DNA from: Bacilli bacterium
GTDB taxonomy: Bacteria > Bacillota_I > Bacilli_A > JBKEDG01
DNA length: 64,000 bases
NCBI GenBank assembly: GCA_047973085.1
Contig: JBKEBI010000070.1
Coordinates: 1,338 to 65,337, forward strand
Direction: 5' to 3'
Position numbers and translations under genes: made by a program. Positions 63,458 through 64,000 of this stretch are shown in pieces (positions within the stretch are counted from its first letter, which is position 1; every line of letters begins with the position of its first letter). The notes beneath the pieces were generated by a model that saw only the letters and a list, made by a program, of their open reading frames with translations, did not search any database and was not told the origin of the DNA.

Positions 63458-64000
63458 TATTTACTCACCCCATTATCTTTATTATACATTTCAAAGGCTT
63501 CATCAGGATTTCCATCAAATGCAATGTGTCCATCCTTTAAATAAATAACACGTTCACATAAATCTTTAACTTGATTTTCTGAATGTGAAACAAACAAAAT
63601 TGTCTTACCTTCTTCAAAAAATTTCATAGTCATTTTCTTTGATTTTTCTTGAAAATTTTTATCCCCAACTGCAAAAACCTCATCTATAATTAGAATATCA
63701 GGATTAGTTTTAGCTGATAATGCAAAACCCAAGCGAGCTTTCATACCAGAGGAATATGTTTTTAATGGTAAATCAATGTAGTCTCCAATTTCAGCAAATT
63801 TAATAATGTCTGACATAACAGAAATTAAAAAATCTCTAGTAAAACCCATCAATTGCCCTTTTAGCATTATGTTTTCTCTTCCTGTTAAGTCAGGCTCAAA
63901 GCCTGCACTTAATTCAATTAAACTGGCAATACTACCATTTACACTAATATTTCCACTATTTGGATAATATATTTCAGCAATTAATTTTAAAACTGTTGAT
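63457..64000 (-). CDS. ABC transporter ATP-binding protein (Wzt/TagH-like), C-terminal part; the 5' end lies beyond the window
   Basis: The frame stays open to the window edge upstream of the track's Met: ...STVLKLIAEIYYPNSGNISVNGSIASLIELSAGFEPDLTGRENIMLKGQLMGF... followed by the ABC signature YSSGMKARLGFA and Walker B ILIIDE. Confidence 0.8.
   Translation of the reverse strand, partial: STVLKLIAEIYYPNSGNISVNGSIASLIELSAGFEPDLTGRENIMLKGQLMGFTRDFLISVMSDIIKFAEIGDYIDLPLKTYSSGMKARLGFALSAKTNPDILIIDEVFAVGDKNFQEKSKKMTMKFFEEGKTILFVSHSENQVKDLCERVIYLKDGHIAFDGNPDEAFEMYNKDNGVSK

Overview
AT-rich, low-GC Firmicutes-type chromosomal segment (standard genetic code: TGG encodes Trp and long ORFs are uninterrupted by TGA). 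Coding is dense and almost entirely on the minus strand.

Bases 1 to about 41,000 are conserved core genes: YhaM-type cysteine desulfidase, nadE, obg, the rplU-prp-rpmA ribosomal operon, ptb, rpoB-rpoC, uvrA, mfd, pth, plsC, mgsA, acpS, ddl, rex, tsaEBD, frr-pyrH-tsf, arginase, the suf operon with a duplicated sufU, prsA and metG behind a T-box leader.

Bases 41,000 to 64,000 look accessory:
- a three-gene WXG100 / YukD-like / EssC-like type VIIb secretion core lacking the other usual Ess components;
- a few lineage-specific membrane proteins;
- an orphan AgrC/AgrA-type two-component system (no AgrB/AgrD or ComC-type gene next to it) preceded by an ~850 bp non-coding region containing a sigma-A promoter and direct repeats resembling a LytTR box;
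- tandem tRNA-Ile(GAT) and tRNA-Trp(CCA) genes followed by a graveyard of IS3 and IS21 fragments;
- a surface-glycosylation island that combines a CDP-hexose pathway (rfbF, rfbG, an SDR) with a Gtr-type three-component glycosylation module (gtrA, gtrB and two tandem GtrC-like paralogs, one carrying an in-frame stop) and a Wzm/Wzt exporter that runs off the window end.

No CRISPR array was found. All calls rest on reading the translated ORFs and sequence motifs by eye; no database search was possible.
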